A stretch of DNA of 64,000 nucleotides from the IMG/VR virus record IMGVR_UViG_3300020171_000002; one strand, 5' to 3'. Both the position numbers and the translations under genes were made by a program. The notes under the pieces are model-generated. The model was not told where the DNA came from and made no database searches. It saw only the letters and a program-made list of their open reading frames with translations. Origin of the DNA: an uncultured virus (IMG/VR IMGVR_UViG_3300020171_000002) (Duplodnaviria; Heunggongvirae; Uroviricota; Caudoviricetes). The number at the start of each line of letters is the position of its first letter. Position 1 is the first letter of the stretch. Positions 39,181 to 49,208 of this stretch are shown here, piece after piece.

Positions 39181-39429
39181 CTATTTTTTAACTCTTTGAA
39201 ATCCTAATTCTTCAATTGCTGTTTTATATTCATATAACCGATCTTCCATATTCTGACCATTATCTAAAGCTTCTCTTGCTAATTTATGAATATCATTCAT
39301 TTTATCTATAAGATAATCAAAATTGTCTTCTGCATATTCTTCTGAGAATTTCATTCTACAACATTCTTCTGTAATGTCCAGTATGTTCGTATGCCGATCA
39401 CAAATTGTTTTATTGTTTTTGTTGATCAT
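39181..39429 (-). CDS. Hypothetical protein
   Basis: ORF downstream of a promoter. Confidence 0.5.
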   Translation of the reverse strand: MINKNNKTICDRHTNILDITEECCRMKFSEEYAEDNFDYLIDKMNDIHKLAREALDNGQNMEDRLYEYKTAIEELGFQRVKK

Positions 39430-39469
39430 AATAAAATCTCGCTTTCATTTGTATTTTTTTGATAATAAG

Positions 39470-39498
39470 ATTTTAACATTAAGATAAGATAAAGTCAA
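39470..39498 (-). promoter_or_regulatory. Promoter TTGACT-N17-TAAAAT
   Basis: Read from sequence. Confidence 0.6.
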
Positions 39499-39508
39499 TA
39501 GGCAATTT

Positions 39509-39760
39509 TCATTTTTCTACCATCCATTGATCCCAATCTTCAACAATTTTCTTAATTGTTTTTCTATACGCAACATTCTCAGATCCAATAAATTCTAAAA
39601 TATTAACTGCCAAAGACAAATTCTCGATTGCCTGTTTTAAAATTTCTGGATTTTTTTGTACTTTTTTTAGTACAATACTTGTTGATGATTTTTTATTCAA
39701 TATTTTACTCCTTTTATTTTTTCGTATAGTTTTATGTTCTTTACTCGGCTTCTCTATCAA
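39509..39760 (-). CDS. Hypothetical protein
   Basis: ORF in operon. Confidence 0.5.
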   Translation of the reverse strand: MIEKPSKEHKTIRKNKRSKILNKKSSTSIVLKKVQKNPEILKQAIENLSLAVNILEFIGSENVAYRKTIKKIVEDWDQWMVEK

Positions 39761-40043
39761 TCCTGGACTTACAACAACAATCTAAATTTCTTTGAATTCT
39801 TTCTTTTTGATCTTCTGGATAATCAGCCAAACATTCAATAAGATCGTTTATTATTTTTATTGTTGTTTTTCTATCAAACCATAAAGTTAATGCAGTATGA
39901 ATGGGTTTATCTTTTTCAAGAATTGATATATTAATTGACCCAAAAGGATTGTGATCTACGGATATAGAATATTGTAACCAATCTTCGTCAATATCATAAT
40001 GCTCTGTTTTATATTTAAAAAATTTTTCTATATAATCTAACAT
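39741..40043 (-). CDS. Hypothetical protein
   Basis: ORF with AGGAG RBS. Confidence 0.55.
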   Translation of the reverse strand: MLDYIEKFFKYKTEHYDIDEDWLQYSISVDHNPFGSINISILEKDKPIHTALTLWFDRKTTIKIINDLIECLADYPEDQKERIQRNLDCCCKSRIDREAE

Positions 40044-40070
40044 ATTGCTCCTAATAAAATAATCATTTCA

Positions 40071-40319
40071 TTATAATTTTTTCCATTCTTGATTTATCTT
40101 ACGAATTATTATCGATAATGCTCTTTTCAAACTAATGCTATGTTCATTCCAATATTCTTGAAATTCTTTTTTTCGTATTGATTCATCTATCCAATATTGC
40201 GCCTCTTCTTCAATATCACGTGCTTCTTCATATGGGGTTCTATAATGTGCGGACTTCCAAAACACTAAAAACAAAAACATTAATACAATATAAATTAATA
40301 AACCAATTAAATAAATCAT
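40071..40319 (-). CDS. Small membrane protein
   Basis: N-terminal hydrophobic helix. Confidence 0.5.
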   Translation of the reverse strand: MIYLIGLLIYIVLMFLFLVFWKSAHYRTPYEEARDIEEEAQYWIDESIRKKEFQEYWNEHSISLKRALSIIIRKINQEWKKL

Positions 40320-40576
40320 TTATTTTGCCTTTCATATTCATCTTTTAAATTAACCACTTGATGAAATCTCCAATAAATTGGATAATCTTGATTGGTAAGA
40401 AAATATATTTCTTCATCTCCAAATTCGTCAAAATAATAAACATAAAGATCTTCATTCTCTTTTATAACAATTCTATTAAACATTGTTACATTACTTCTAT
40501 CGCTTACATCAATTTTATCTCCAGAATTAGGAAACTCATTATTTGAGGTGCAATAGACACAATTTATATTTTTCAT
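40316..40576 (-). CDS. Hypothetical protein
   Basis: ORF in operon. Confidence 0.5.
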   Translation of the reverse strand: MKNINCVYCTSNNEFPNSGDKIDVSDRSNVTMFNRIVIKENEDLYVYYFDEFGDEEIYFLTNQDYPIYWRFHQVVNLKDEYERQNK

Positions 40577-40884
40577 TTTGCAACCTCTATGTCGACATCT
40601 CTTTCTATTCTTGGATTACAAGTCAATCCAAAATAAATTGCAAAAGCAAATCCACTCAAAAAGATAAGAATTGTTGGAGATAATATCAACCACCAGGATA
40701 TTTCAAATAATTTTACCAGCTTGCCTACAATAACAGTTCCTTGAACTATTACGTAAATATAGAATCCGTTCCAAAATGTTTCTCTGATCATGGTTGCTCC
40801 TTTAAAGATAGTTATTCTTATTATGACAACCGCTATTATTCTCTGGATAAAAGAAATCCAATAATTTTTTTCCACCAGTTCCAA
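40573..40884 (-). CDS. Small membrane protein (start uncertain)
   Basis: KL..ISWWLILSP hydrophobic motif. Confidence 0.5.
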   Translation of the reverse strand: MELVEKNYWISFIQRIIAVVIIRITIFKGATMIRETFWNGFYIYVIVQGTVIVGKLVKLFEISWWLILSPTILIFLSGFAFAIYFGLTCNPRIERDVDIEVAK

Positions 40885-41149
40885 ATTGAAAAATCTGATT
40901 ACGTATTGTGTTCATTTCTGCAATTCCGGCACTCCAATACCTATGATCATCTGACATTTCAAATGTCCAATCGTGATTTCTTAAATTATCAGAAAGTTTT
41001 AATACTCCTGGCATCAATTGAGGATCACAGATAATTGTAAAATCATCTTCTTGAGCCTCAAGATTACTGGTTAATAAAATATATTTTTCTTCTTCAGAAT
41101 GAACCGCTGATCTGGATTTATAAATTTTTATTTCTGTATGCTCTTCCAT
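40802..41149 (-). CDS. Hypothetical protein
   Basis: ORF with AGGAG RBS. Confidence 0.55.
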   Translation of the reverse strand: MEEHTEIKIYKSRSAVHSEEEKYILLTSNLEAQEDDFTIICDPQLMPGVLKLSDNLRNHDWTFEMSDDHRYWSAGIAEMNTIRNQIFQFGTGGKKLLDFFYPENNSGCHNKNNYL

Positions 41150-41202
41150 TTTTTTCTCCTTTTTTCTTATAAAATAACAATTTTATTGTATTATACAACT
41201 TT

Positions 41203-42516
41203 TTAATTTTTAGTCAAGTAGTTTATTAAATCATCTTTATTGTTTTCAACAATTCCATCAATAACAATTTCTAATAATTTCTTTAGTGTAAAACCAATTT
41301 CTTCTCTCTTTAAACCTAATTCCATCATATCATATCCATTTACTGCCAAGTCTTTAATTTGAAAACAACTTTCTTCTTGAATAATTTCACTAATAATTTT
41401 TAAAAAACTTAAGACCTCATTCATTCTTTGATCAAAAAAATCAGGATTTTGAGCAGATATATCTCCAATCTTTACATAACATAGTAGTACAAGCAATTCT
41501 TGTCCTATATTATTTAACATTCTTTTAACATATTTCTTTTCAGGAATAAAATCAATGTCGTGATATTTTATTAATGTTAGAACATCTTCCCTGGTTTTAT
41601 TATCATATTTATATTCTCTTAGAAATTTCTGTGCTTTTGTAACAGAGAATTTTGCATGATGTTTGAAGTGATCAACTCCATTTTCATCACTTGTTCTTGT
41701 TTCTGCTTTTCCAAGATCATGTAAAAATAAAGCCAAATGAACTCTTAAATCTTTTTTGCCAGAATACAATACAGATATAAGACTATGATTGCCAGCATCA
41801 TAAATGTGATAAGGATTGTTTTGTTCTACATCAAATAATTTCAAAAAATCAGGACATATATATTTCATTAATCTGGAATAAAAAATTAAATCTAAACCAA
41901 AATCATTCATTATTATTTGATTAAACTCATCTCTAATACGTTCTTTTGCAACATTAGACAATAAATGAGCATTATTTTCAATAGCATGAAATGTTTCTGA
42001 TTCTATTGCGAATCCATATTTAGAAGCAAACCTAATAATTCTTAACATTCTTAACGCATCTTCAGTAATTCTCTCATTAGGATTTCCAACACAACGAATT
42101 ATTTTATTTTTAATATCTTCAATGCCACCATAAGGATCAATAATTTCAAATCCATTACTTGCCATAGCATTAATTGTAATATCTCTCCTAGAAAGATCAT
42201 CTAATAAAGAAGTAGTATATTCAACAGAATCAGGATGTCTACCATCCGAATACTTTCCATCTTTTCTAAAAGTTGTAATTTCATAAGGAATATCATCAAT
42301 TATAATCGTAATAGTACCATGTTGAATTCCTGTTAAAATAATACGATCATTATCAAAAATCTTCATAATTTGATCTGGAATGGCTGAAGTAGTAATATCA
42401 TAATCTTTTGGAGCATCATTCATAACCATATCACGAACTGCACCGCCACACAGATAGGCTTCAAATCCAAAATCATTTATTTTTTTGATAATTTTTTCTG
42501 CATTTTTTATCATCAT
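41203..42516 (-). CDS. cca: CCA tRNA nucleotidyltransferase (class II) with HD domain
   Basis: GGAVRD, DYDITT, DLSRRDITINAMA, EDALRMLR, ERI, LHDLGK. Confidence 0.9.
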   Translation of the reverse strand: MMIKNAEKIIKKINDFGFEAYLCGGAVRDMVMNDAPKDYDITTSAIPDQIMKIFDNDRIILTGIQHGTITIIIDDIPYEITTFRKDGKYSDGRHPDSVEYTTSLLDDLSRRDITINAMASNGFEIIDPYGGIEDIKNKIIRCVGNPNERITEDALRMLRIIRFASKYGFAIESETFHAIENNAHLLSNVAKERIRDEFNQIIMNDFGLDLIFYSRLMKYICPDFLKLFDVEQNNPYHIYDAGNHSLISVLYSGKKDLRVHLALFLHDLGKAETRTSDENGVDHFKHHAKFSVTKAQKFLREYKYDNKTREDVLTLIKYHDIDFIPEKKYVKRMLNNIGQELLVLLCYVKIGDISAQNPDFFDQRMNEVLSFLKIISEIIQEESCFQIKDLAVNGYDMMELGLKREEIGFTLKKLLEIVIDGIVENNKDDLINYLTKN

Positions 42517-43425
42517 TTATATTCCTATACATTCAAAATATAATTTTGTTAATTCTGAAATATTTGCTCCAAATTGAAGATGAGATTCATTGTACCATAT
42601 ATCAAATTTCTTTTCAAATTCTTCTGCTTTTTCAATAACTTCATCATATGTGTATAATCCATTTTTAATAGCAAGAATCTCTTCAGCATTAGGAAGTGGA
42701 AAAGTTATTTTTCCTGTTTTTAAAAGTTCTTCTCCTTCAGTAAGCAATCTAAAAAGATGACTAGCGTGTTTACAGTCAAATTGGTATTTTTCTTCTAATT
42801 TTCTTCTTTTAGGATTTCTGTTTTTTATCCATTCTTGATAATGATCCCAACCATTTTTAGCTTCTCTATATAATCTTTCTTTTTGAATTTCTTCAACATA
42901 TTCATCTTTAAAATATGATGAATTAATTGCTTTAGCATCTACAAGAGCCTGAAAACTAATTTCGGGGGTATCTGTGAGTCCAAAATCATTTCTATGTGGT
43001 TTTTTATCTGGAGGATTTATAAACCATTGTCTATGCCTCTTAATGGCGTTTAACTGACTAAATGCATATCCCGTAAAAGTAAATTTTGCTTTTTTGGAAA
43101 TAAATAAATTTCTATTTTCTAAAATAAGATTCCAGGTAGGAGTAGATAAAAGAATATTGCTTTCTGGAACAAATAATAATTCTACAATATTAGGATTAGA
43201 ATCAGCACAAATCTTAAAAAATTTAGGTAAACTATAAATTGCCCTGTCTTCTTCTTCAAATCCGCTATCTTTCTGATCAAAACTCATGAATGGATGTAAA
43301 AGTATTTCCATAGGAGGAATACAAACTCCTCTATAATCATAATCTGATTCAGGAGTAGCTGTTCCGTAAAGCCTACTTCCAGTTATACATTCAAATATTT
43401 TGGCTTTTTCAACATCAAAATTCAT
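42517..43425 (-). CDS. Pol-beta-superfamily nucleotidyltransferase (YcgL-like)
   Basis: GSRLYG..SDYDYRG, NPNIVELL, KHASHLFRL. Confidence 0.85.
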   Translation of the reverse strand: MNFDVEKAKIFECITGSRLYGTATPESDYDYRGVCIPPMEILLHPFMSFDQKDSGFEEEDRAIYSLPKFFKICADSNPNIVELLFVPESNILLSTPTWNLILENRNLFISKKAKFTFTGYAFSQLNAIKRHRQWFINPPDKKPHRNDFGLTDTPEISFQALVDAKAINSSYFKDEYVEEIQKERLYREAKNGWDHYQEWIKNRNPKRRKLEEKYQFDCKHASHLFRLLTEGEELLKTGKITFPLPNAEEILAIKNGLYTYDEVIEKAEEFEKKFDIWYNESHLQFGANISELTKLYFECIGI

Positions 43426-43458
43426 AATTTCTCCTAATAAAACAACGATTTTATTTAA

Positions 43459-43767
43459 TTAATCCCACCAGGTCATAGAATGATCTCTAATAATTTCAAA
43501 GGCTTCTTTTAGTTTATTTATTTCTTCAGCATCATCTAATAAGAACCCTTCCATATCAACAAATTCCTGTAAAATATCCCTAGCTTTGATCATTGTTGAT
43601 TTTCTTTGATCCTCTTCTACGCTCCACCATTTTTCATAATTTTCAATCATCAGAGTCAATTTAAAAGCAATGATTTCATATAAAAAACAATAGTCCCAAT
43701 GTTTATTATTCCATAAAACAGGAATCCAACGAATTAAATTTTTAATATTCCATAACAAATTTTTCAT
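43459..43767 (-). CDS. Hypothetical phage protein
   Basis: W.P.LW..WD..WWD pattern. Confidence 0.55.
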   Translation of the reverse strand: MKNLLWNIKNLIRWIPVLWNNKHWDYCFLYEIIAFKLTLMIENYEKWWSVEEDQRKSTMIKARDILQEFVDMEGFLLDDAEEINKLKEAFEIIRDHSMTWWD

Positions 43768-43795
43768 TATCTAAAATCCTTTCTGTGTAATAACA

Positions 43796-44050
43796 TTACA
43801 TCAAACGACCAAATGCCATTGGTGGAATTTTTAATGATTTAATCAATTCAACCATACAAGCATCACACAAATCAAAATCCAATTCTAATCCATCAAATTC
43901 AGATCCATATCCAAATGTAATTTCAAAAGATTGATAATTATGAAATTCTGGATTGTATTCTTCAGTGTTTTCAGTTTCTTTTCCGCATTTATTACAAGCA
44001 ACCGCTCTTACTACTTCTGACATAATTGTTTTTTGAATAAGTTTTTTCAT
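43796..44050 (-). CDS. Zn-finger hypothetical protein
   Basis: CNKCG..FGYGS.FD..DLCDAC. Confidence 0.6.
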   Translation of the reverse strand: MKKLIQKTIMSEVVRAVACNKCGKETENTEEYNPEFHNYQSFEITFGYGSEFDGLELDFDLCDACMVELIKSLKIPPMAFGRLM

Positions 44051-44116
44051 AATTCTCCTAATAAAATATTTCTTTTATTTAATCTTTCTAATTTGTATAT
44101 TTTTTTTAATATTTTT

Positions 44117-44407
44117 TTATTTTTTCAAATCAATTTTTTGTTCTAATTCCTGAATATCTTTCTTCAATTGATCGTTTTCTTTTTTATATTTTTCAACCCT
44201 ATTTGGCATAGCATGTAATGATTCTGGAAAGCCTAAAGCATCTTTTAGTTTATCAGCCCATTGTGCAGCTTGATCGCAAAGAGTCATTGACTTACCCCAT
44301 GATGCCACATGTTGTATTTTTTTTGAATCATCATATGCATAAACAACAACAATTGAATAATCATATTTTTTCCCAATTTCTTTCAATACTTGAATAGGCA
44401 ATCTCAT
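44117..44407 (-). CDS. Hypothetical protein
   Basis: ORF with RBS. Confidence 0.55.
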   Translation of the reverse strand: MRLPIQVLKEIGKKYDYSIVVVYAYDDSKKIQHVASWGKSMTLCDQAAQWADKLKDALGFPESLHAMPNRVEKYKKENDQLKKDIQELEQKIDLKK

Positions 44408-44598
44408 AAAGCCTCCTGTGGATGTAGAAAACGAATTCTTTCAATAGCAACATGAATAATTTCACCATACGCAGTTTCAATCACAGCATTTTTATAATCC
44501 GGCGTGAAGGCAACAAAAACGCCCTGTTTATCTTCACCAATTCCATATTCATCACCTCTGTAATTTTTATCAAATTTTTTATATATTACCTGTCTCAT
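44404..44598 (-). CDS. Hypothetical protein
   Basis: ORF in operon. Confidence 0.5.
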   Translation of the reverse strand: MRQVIYKKFDKNYRGDEYGIGEDKQGVFVAFTPDYKNAVIETAYGEIIHVAIERIRFLHPQEAL

Positions 44599-44601
44599 TT
44601 T

Positions 44602-44823
44602 TTATTTTTCTCCTTCATCTTCAATTTGATAAACTGTAACACTCCAACTAAAACACAATTTTGCACCACATTTAGGACATGCATATGGTTCATCATCATA
44701 TACACCAATCATAAACGTCCAGGGTTCAAATTTTGCACCGCAAACACATTGCGTTATTGGTAATAGTTCATCATCGTTACCATCAAATCTTACTTGATCT
44801 GTTACATCAATTTTTTTGATCAT
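44602..44823 (-). CDS. Zn-ribbon hypothetical protein
   Basis: CVCG..CPKCG. Confidence 0.55.
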   Translation of the reverse strand: MIKKIDVTDQVRFDGNDDELLPITQCVCGAKFEPWTFMIGVYDDEPYACPKCGAKLCFSWSVTVYQIEDEGEK

Positions 44824-44852
44824 AATTTTCTCCTAATAAAATCATCGTTTTA

Positions 44853-45950
44853 TTATACATCATTTTTCAAAAGAAAGTCAGGATTAATAACCTTAAAACT
44901 AATATTGTTTTCATAATTTCTCATTACCAGTCCTTCTCTTAGTGTGTCTAACAATACACTCTTTCCTTTTGCGTAATTAACCATTTCTTGCATAGTTGGA
45001 AGTAAAGAAAAATCTTCTTCTAAAATGGGAACAAATTTAATACCAACTTCGTCTAAGATTTCTTTTGCCATTGCACCGTAAAAATTTTTTCCATCAACAA
45101 TTAAATTGAACGCATATAAATCATATCCTCTAATTTGATATTTATTTCCTTGAATTCCTTGTCCTAAAATTTCTCCTTGAAGAACTATGGTTTTATCAAA
45201 TGGAATTTGTAATAATTTTTCTTTTAACCCTGCATATTTGGCAACCGTCCAATAAGAACTGTTATTTGGTTTATTCAATCTTAAATTTCTACTGCAAACT
45301 CCAAATTCTATATTGTTGCGAGAAAAAAATTTCTTATTTCTTACAAGAAAAACAGTTAAAGATTGTCCATCAACTTTTTCTGTAACAATAAATTTTAGAT
45401 CTTTCCAATGATAATAATAATTTGGAAATAATTGAATTCTATCTTCATCTGTTTTTTTAATCCAATTAGGAAATCCTTCCCTTTTCTTTGGGAACAATTT
45501 TCTATACCATTTTTGTTTATTCAACCATCTTTCTAATTTACTTTTCTTAATATTTCTTTCTCGTTCTTCCTGTTCAGCTTGCGGATCATGTTTTGTAACA
45601 TTTAATATTTTAGTTACATCATCTCCCTCTTTCCATTTTTTTTCTGGAAGAATAGACAAAGGCATTACTAATCCTTGACTAATTTGTTTTCTTAATTTAA
45701 TAGTTTTTACTTTAAATTTTCTATCTTTCATAAATTCAAAGATAGGCAAATTTGGAAGAATTGAATCAATTTCAAAATAAACTACCAAATCTCCAACATT
45801 AAAATTATCTTTTTTAGCAACAACGCATTGCCAACCTAAAACTGTAGCAACTTCAATTCTATCTGCACCTTCAATGGGAGAAATTTCTAATATTTTTTGA
45901 ACACTTGCTAATTTTCTATCTGTCATATTGATTTTCCTTTCTGTTATCAA
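44853..45950 (-). CDS. RNA ligase, Rnl2/DRB0094 family with N-terminal OB-like domain
   Basis: I.PIEGADRIE, KTDEDRIQ, TEKVDG, LQGEILG, REGLV, SFKVIN. Confidence 0.9.
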   Translation of the reverse strand: MITERKINMTDRKLASVQKILEISPIEGADRIEVATVLGWQCVVAKKDNFNVGDLVVYFEIDSILPNLPIFEFMKDRKFKVKTIKLRKQISQGLVMPLSILPEKKWKEGDDVTKILNVTKHDPQAEQEERERNIKKSKLERWLNKQKWYRKLFPKKREGFPNWIKKTDEDRIQLFPNYYYHWKDLKFIVTEKVDGQSLTVFLVRNKKFFSRNNIEFGVCSRNLRLNKPNNSSYWTVAKYAGLKEKLLQIPFDKTIVLQGEILGQGIQGNKYQIRGYDLYAFNLIVDGKNFYGAMAKEILDEVGIKFVPILEEDFSLLPTMQEMVNYAKGKSVLLDTLREGLVMRNYENNISFKVINPDFLLKNDV

Positions 45951-46177
45951 TACAATAAAATTTCCGTTTTATCAGGTAATGAATTTTCAATTTCAATATT
46001 ACTAATTGAGGCATTCCATCTTACAGTCTCTCCATCATCATCTTGAAACTCTTGAGGAAGTCCCATAATACAATCTCCTCTCCATTCTAACCTAATTAAT
46101 TGTAAATATTCAATCAACTGATCGATTGTCATTTCGCTGTTATCATCATCTTTTTTATCATAAAATATAATTCTCAT
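45947..46177 (-). CDS. Hypothetical protein
   Basis: ORF in operon. Confidence 0.5.
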   Translation of the reverse strand: MRIIFYDKKDDDNSEMTIDQLIEYLQLIRLEWRGDCIMGLPQEFQDDDGETVRWNASISNIEIENSLPDKTEILLY

Positions 46178-46470
46178 TGTTCTTGCCTTTCTTCAGTATA
46201 AACAACATCTACAGGAAAAATTTCATAATTTTCTTGTAGGTTTTTTGCTACTTTTTTAAATTGTTGTTTAACAGAATCTTCATTCAAATAAACATAAAAA
46301 CCAGGAACATCTTTACTACCAACAGCTTGTTTAGTTTTCTTATCTCTAATAATGAATCCTTGATAGCGAATTCTTGGGATTAAAGAATTTTTTAAAATTG
46401 CTACTTTAAGTTCTTGTAGTTCTCTCATTAGTTGTTTGTTTGTATTATTCCGAAATGGATTGAATTTCAT
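46174..46470 (-). CDS. Hypothetical protein
   Basis: ORF with RBS. Confidence 0.5.
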   Translation of the reverse strand: MKFNPFRNNTNKQLMRELQELKVAILKNSLIPRIRYQGFIIRDKKTKQAVGSKDVPGFYVYLNEDSVKQQFKKVAKNLQENYEIFPVDVVYTEERQEQ

Positions 46471-46490
46471 TTTTTCTATTTTCCTTTCTG

Positions 46491-47276
46491 TTATCTCATT
46501 ATATTTTGTTCAATTTTAAAATTTGATAAATCTGATTCTCTAATTGTAAAAACAATATTTCCATTTTTACCAGTATGCAATCTCCATTTATCTTTATCAA
46601 AAGAAGGAAGATAACCCATATTCCATAATTGGTTAAGAGATTCAATTTCAACAGGATGTTTAATATTAAAAAATGATTCTAAATATCCAATTACAGCATT
46701 TAACATAGAATCCCACGTCTTATTACTACTTCCTTTGACAGCAAATATCAAATGCCAAATCTCTATAAACAAAGAACGTCTTAAATGATCATAAATTGAA
46801 TCCTTTACTGGACTTCCCACTTGATCTATTAAACGATGATCAACATTTCTTCTTACTGAATTTTGTGAAGAACTCCAATGTTTCAACAACATAATGACAT
46901 CATCATCAATGTATCTTTTATTTTCAGATAAATCAGTTAAAGGATTTACTATGTCTTTTATAATCAAAGGTTCAATAACTTTACTAAAATCTAAATTTCT
47001 AACCCAGTCTTCAGCTTGAATTCTATCATCAACATCAGAATTAATTTTATCAATTTCAAAAAATTTTGTCAATGGGTTATATTCATACTTATTACAAACA
47101 TCTTCATTGAGATAATAATAACTACAAATTGAAGAATGGGAATCATGTGTATAACTATCGGGAGTCAGGCGTCCATTTCCCAAATCTTTTTTTCTATATT
47201 CCCAATCAAAATAAAATCGTTTACCGCTGTTATTACCTGTTCCTGGTTCTGTTACAAAGCTAAAAAATTGACACAT
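46491..47276 (-). CDS. Hypothetical phage protein
   Basis: 261 aa ORF, MCQFFS..DSHS start. Confidence 0.6.
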   Translation of the reverse strand: MCQFFSFVTEPGTGNNSGKRFYFDWEYRKKDLGNGRLTPDSYTHDSHSSICSYYYLNEDVCNKYEYNPLTKFFEIDKINSDVDDRIQAEDWVRNLDFSKVIEPLIIKDIVNPLTDLSENKRYIDDDVIMLLKHWSSSQNSVRRNVDHRLIDQVGSPVKDSIYDHLRRSLFIEIWHLIFAVKGSSNKTWDSMLNAVIGYLESFFNIKHPVEIESLNQLWNMGYLPSFDKDKWRLHTGKNGNIVFTIRESDLSNFKIEQNIMR

Positions 47277-47405
47277 TCTATTTTACCTTTCTGTTATTTT
47301 ACTTTTTCTTCATTCCACTAATTATCATTCCAAACAACATCAATAAAAACGCTCCAAGCACACTTGTCATAAATTATAATCTCCTTTTCTAATAAAAAAT
47401 ACATT

Positions 47406-47948
47406 TTATTTGTTTTCTCTTAAAAAAACTATTTTTGGTCTTAGATTTTTTGTATCCCATACTCTTTTACCACTCCAACTATCAGTTCCTTTTCCTTCAA
47501 TTCTTTTACATGTAAAACCTTTTGTTATTCCAATTTCAATCCATCCATCTCTTTTATATATTTCACCTGTTCTTGGAAGTTCTACAAGAGATTCAAAAAA
47601 CAAAACATTATCTCCATATTTATTTTTCCAATCGTTTGATATTTTTTTTCTAAATTCAGATAGAACAAATTGAGCAAAATTTCTTTTAGGATATTCATTA
47701 TTTATTTTTTCAACATGATAAAAAATATTATTTACAATGTTATTTAAATTAGTGTCTCCAACATATTTTTCTCTATTTGGAAGATGTAAAGTAGCTGAAC
47801 CACCTACAATTGATCCATAATATTTGTTATCCCATAAAATAGCATAACAAATATTTCTTCCCACAAATCCTTTAGGTTGACTATAGTGATTTTTCATATT
47901 TTCCAAAATTCTACTGTCTGTTCTTTTAATTTTTTCTAATAATAACAT
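47406..47948 (-). CDS. Mom/DUF4338-like GNAT-fold protein (possible DNA modification)
   Basis: NHYS..GR.ICY..FESLV..GEIYKRDGW.EIG.TKG. Confidence 0.55.
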   Translation of the reverse strand: MLLLEKIKRTDSRILENMKNHYSQPKGFVGRNICYAILWDNKYYGSIVGGSATLHLPNREKYVGDTNLNNIVNNIFYHVEKINNEYPKRNFAQFVLSEFRKKISNDWKNKYGDNVLFFESLVELPRTGEIYKRDGWIEIGITKGFTCKRIEGKGTDSWSGKRVWDTKNLRPKIVFLRENK

Positions 47949-48130
47949 TGTTTTTTCCTAATAAAATGTCTATTTTATTTTGTTATTTATTTTGTTATTG
48001 CTGTTATTTTTAAATTCTTCTTTTGTTTTTTTAATCATTCTTTGATATGTCCACAATCCAGGTCTTTCTTTTTTTATTCTATCTTTCATAAAGAAACGTA
48101 CATAAATATTTGGATGTTCTTCAAGTTTCA

Positions 48131-48358
48131 TTATTTCAATTCACCAGTTATTATATCATAATTTTCGATATTCATTACATATCGATTTTTTCTAACAGGA
48201 TAAGAATAATCAGGAATCATCAACAAATAACCTTCTTTTATAGCCTTTCTAAGCAATTTTCTATCCTTAAGTGTTATTTGTCCTATATCTGTTATACCCT
48301 CGTTAAAAGCCATTAAAACAATCTTTGGTTGGGTTTCTATGGTTAGATTTTTAGTCAT
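48131..48358 (-). CDS. Hypothetical protein
   Basis: ORF with RBS. Confidence 0.5.
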   Translation of the reverse strand: MTKNLTIETQPKIVLMAFNEGITDIGQITLKDRKLLRKAIKEGYLLMIPDYSYPVRKNRYVMNIENYDIITGELK

Positions 48359-48429
48359 ACTTATTTCCTCATTCTAATAAAATTTATCTTTTATTATTTG
48401 TTTCCAATAAAAATATCATTTTATTGTAT

Positions 48430-48738
48430 TTAAAATTCCTTGAATGTATCATCAACAAATCCAATTTCCAATAATTTAACTTTCATTTCTTCTTTAGTTA
48501 AACTCTTGTTATTGTTTTCAGCAAGCACTTTCAAAAAATCTTGTCCACATTGATATAAAGCCAACCAGGAATCTTCAAAAGCCTCAAGCTTAGGAATTAG
48601 ATTACTACAATGTAAATCATACCACTTAATACTAAAATCTGCTTGAATTTCTGTTTCTGCATTCCAATATTCAATCCATAGTTCATTCCTAGAAGGGGAT
48701 TCTTTCCATCTTAGTTCAGCATCCACAAAACTCCACAT
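48430..48738 (-). CDS. Hypothetical protein
   Basis: ORF with RBS. Confidence 0.55.
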   Translation of the reverse strand: MWSFVDAELRWKESPSRNELWIEYWNAETEIQADFSIKWYDLHCSNLIPKLEAFEDSWLALYQCGQDFLKVLAENNNKSLTKEEMKVKLLEIGFVDDTFKEF

Positions 48739-48782
48739 GTTATTTATCCTTTCTGTTGTTTTCTAATTATACAATAAAACTT

Positions 48783-49202
48783 TTATTTTATTAGGTCTTC
48801 TTGTTCATATGTAAAAACGCCATTTTCATCAAAATTATCTGATATTTCAAACCCTTCAGGACTTCCTAATAATTCTAATTCTTTAAAAAGTTTTTCATAA
48901 TCAAGAGTCTGAATATTCATTCTCAGTGGACATTTACTCCACTTATCAAAACAATCAATATTGTCTGCTGTGATATGACCATTCAGACTTCTGTAACTTT
49001 GTTTATTAGGCGTACAAAACCCTCCATTAATTCCCATTCCTGTAAATCTCCAAAATACAAAATCTATTTTATTGGTATTTCTTATCGATTTTTTTAAAAT
49101 TTTATATTCATAAACGATTTTCTTTTCTACTTTATATCCACGTTGTTTTAATTCTTTCGCTAATTTTTTATAATTTCCAGGATGTCTTTTTCTGTTATTC
49201 AT
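48783..49202 (-). CDS. Hypothetical protein
   Basis: ORF in operon. Confidence 0.55.
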   Translation of the reverse strand: MNNRKRHPGNYKKLAKELKQRGYKVEKKIVYEYKILKKSIRNTNKIDFVFWRFTGMGINGGFCTPNKQSYRSLNGHITADNIDCFDKWSKCPLRMNIQTLDYEKLFKELELLGSPEGFEISDNFDENGVFTYEQEDLIK

Positions 49203-49208
49203 TTTTTA

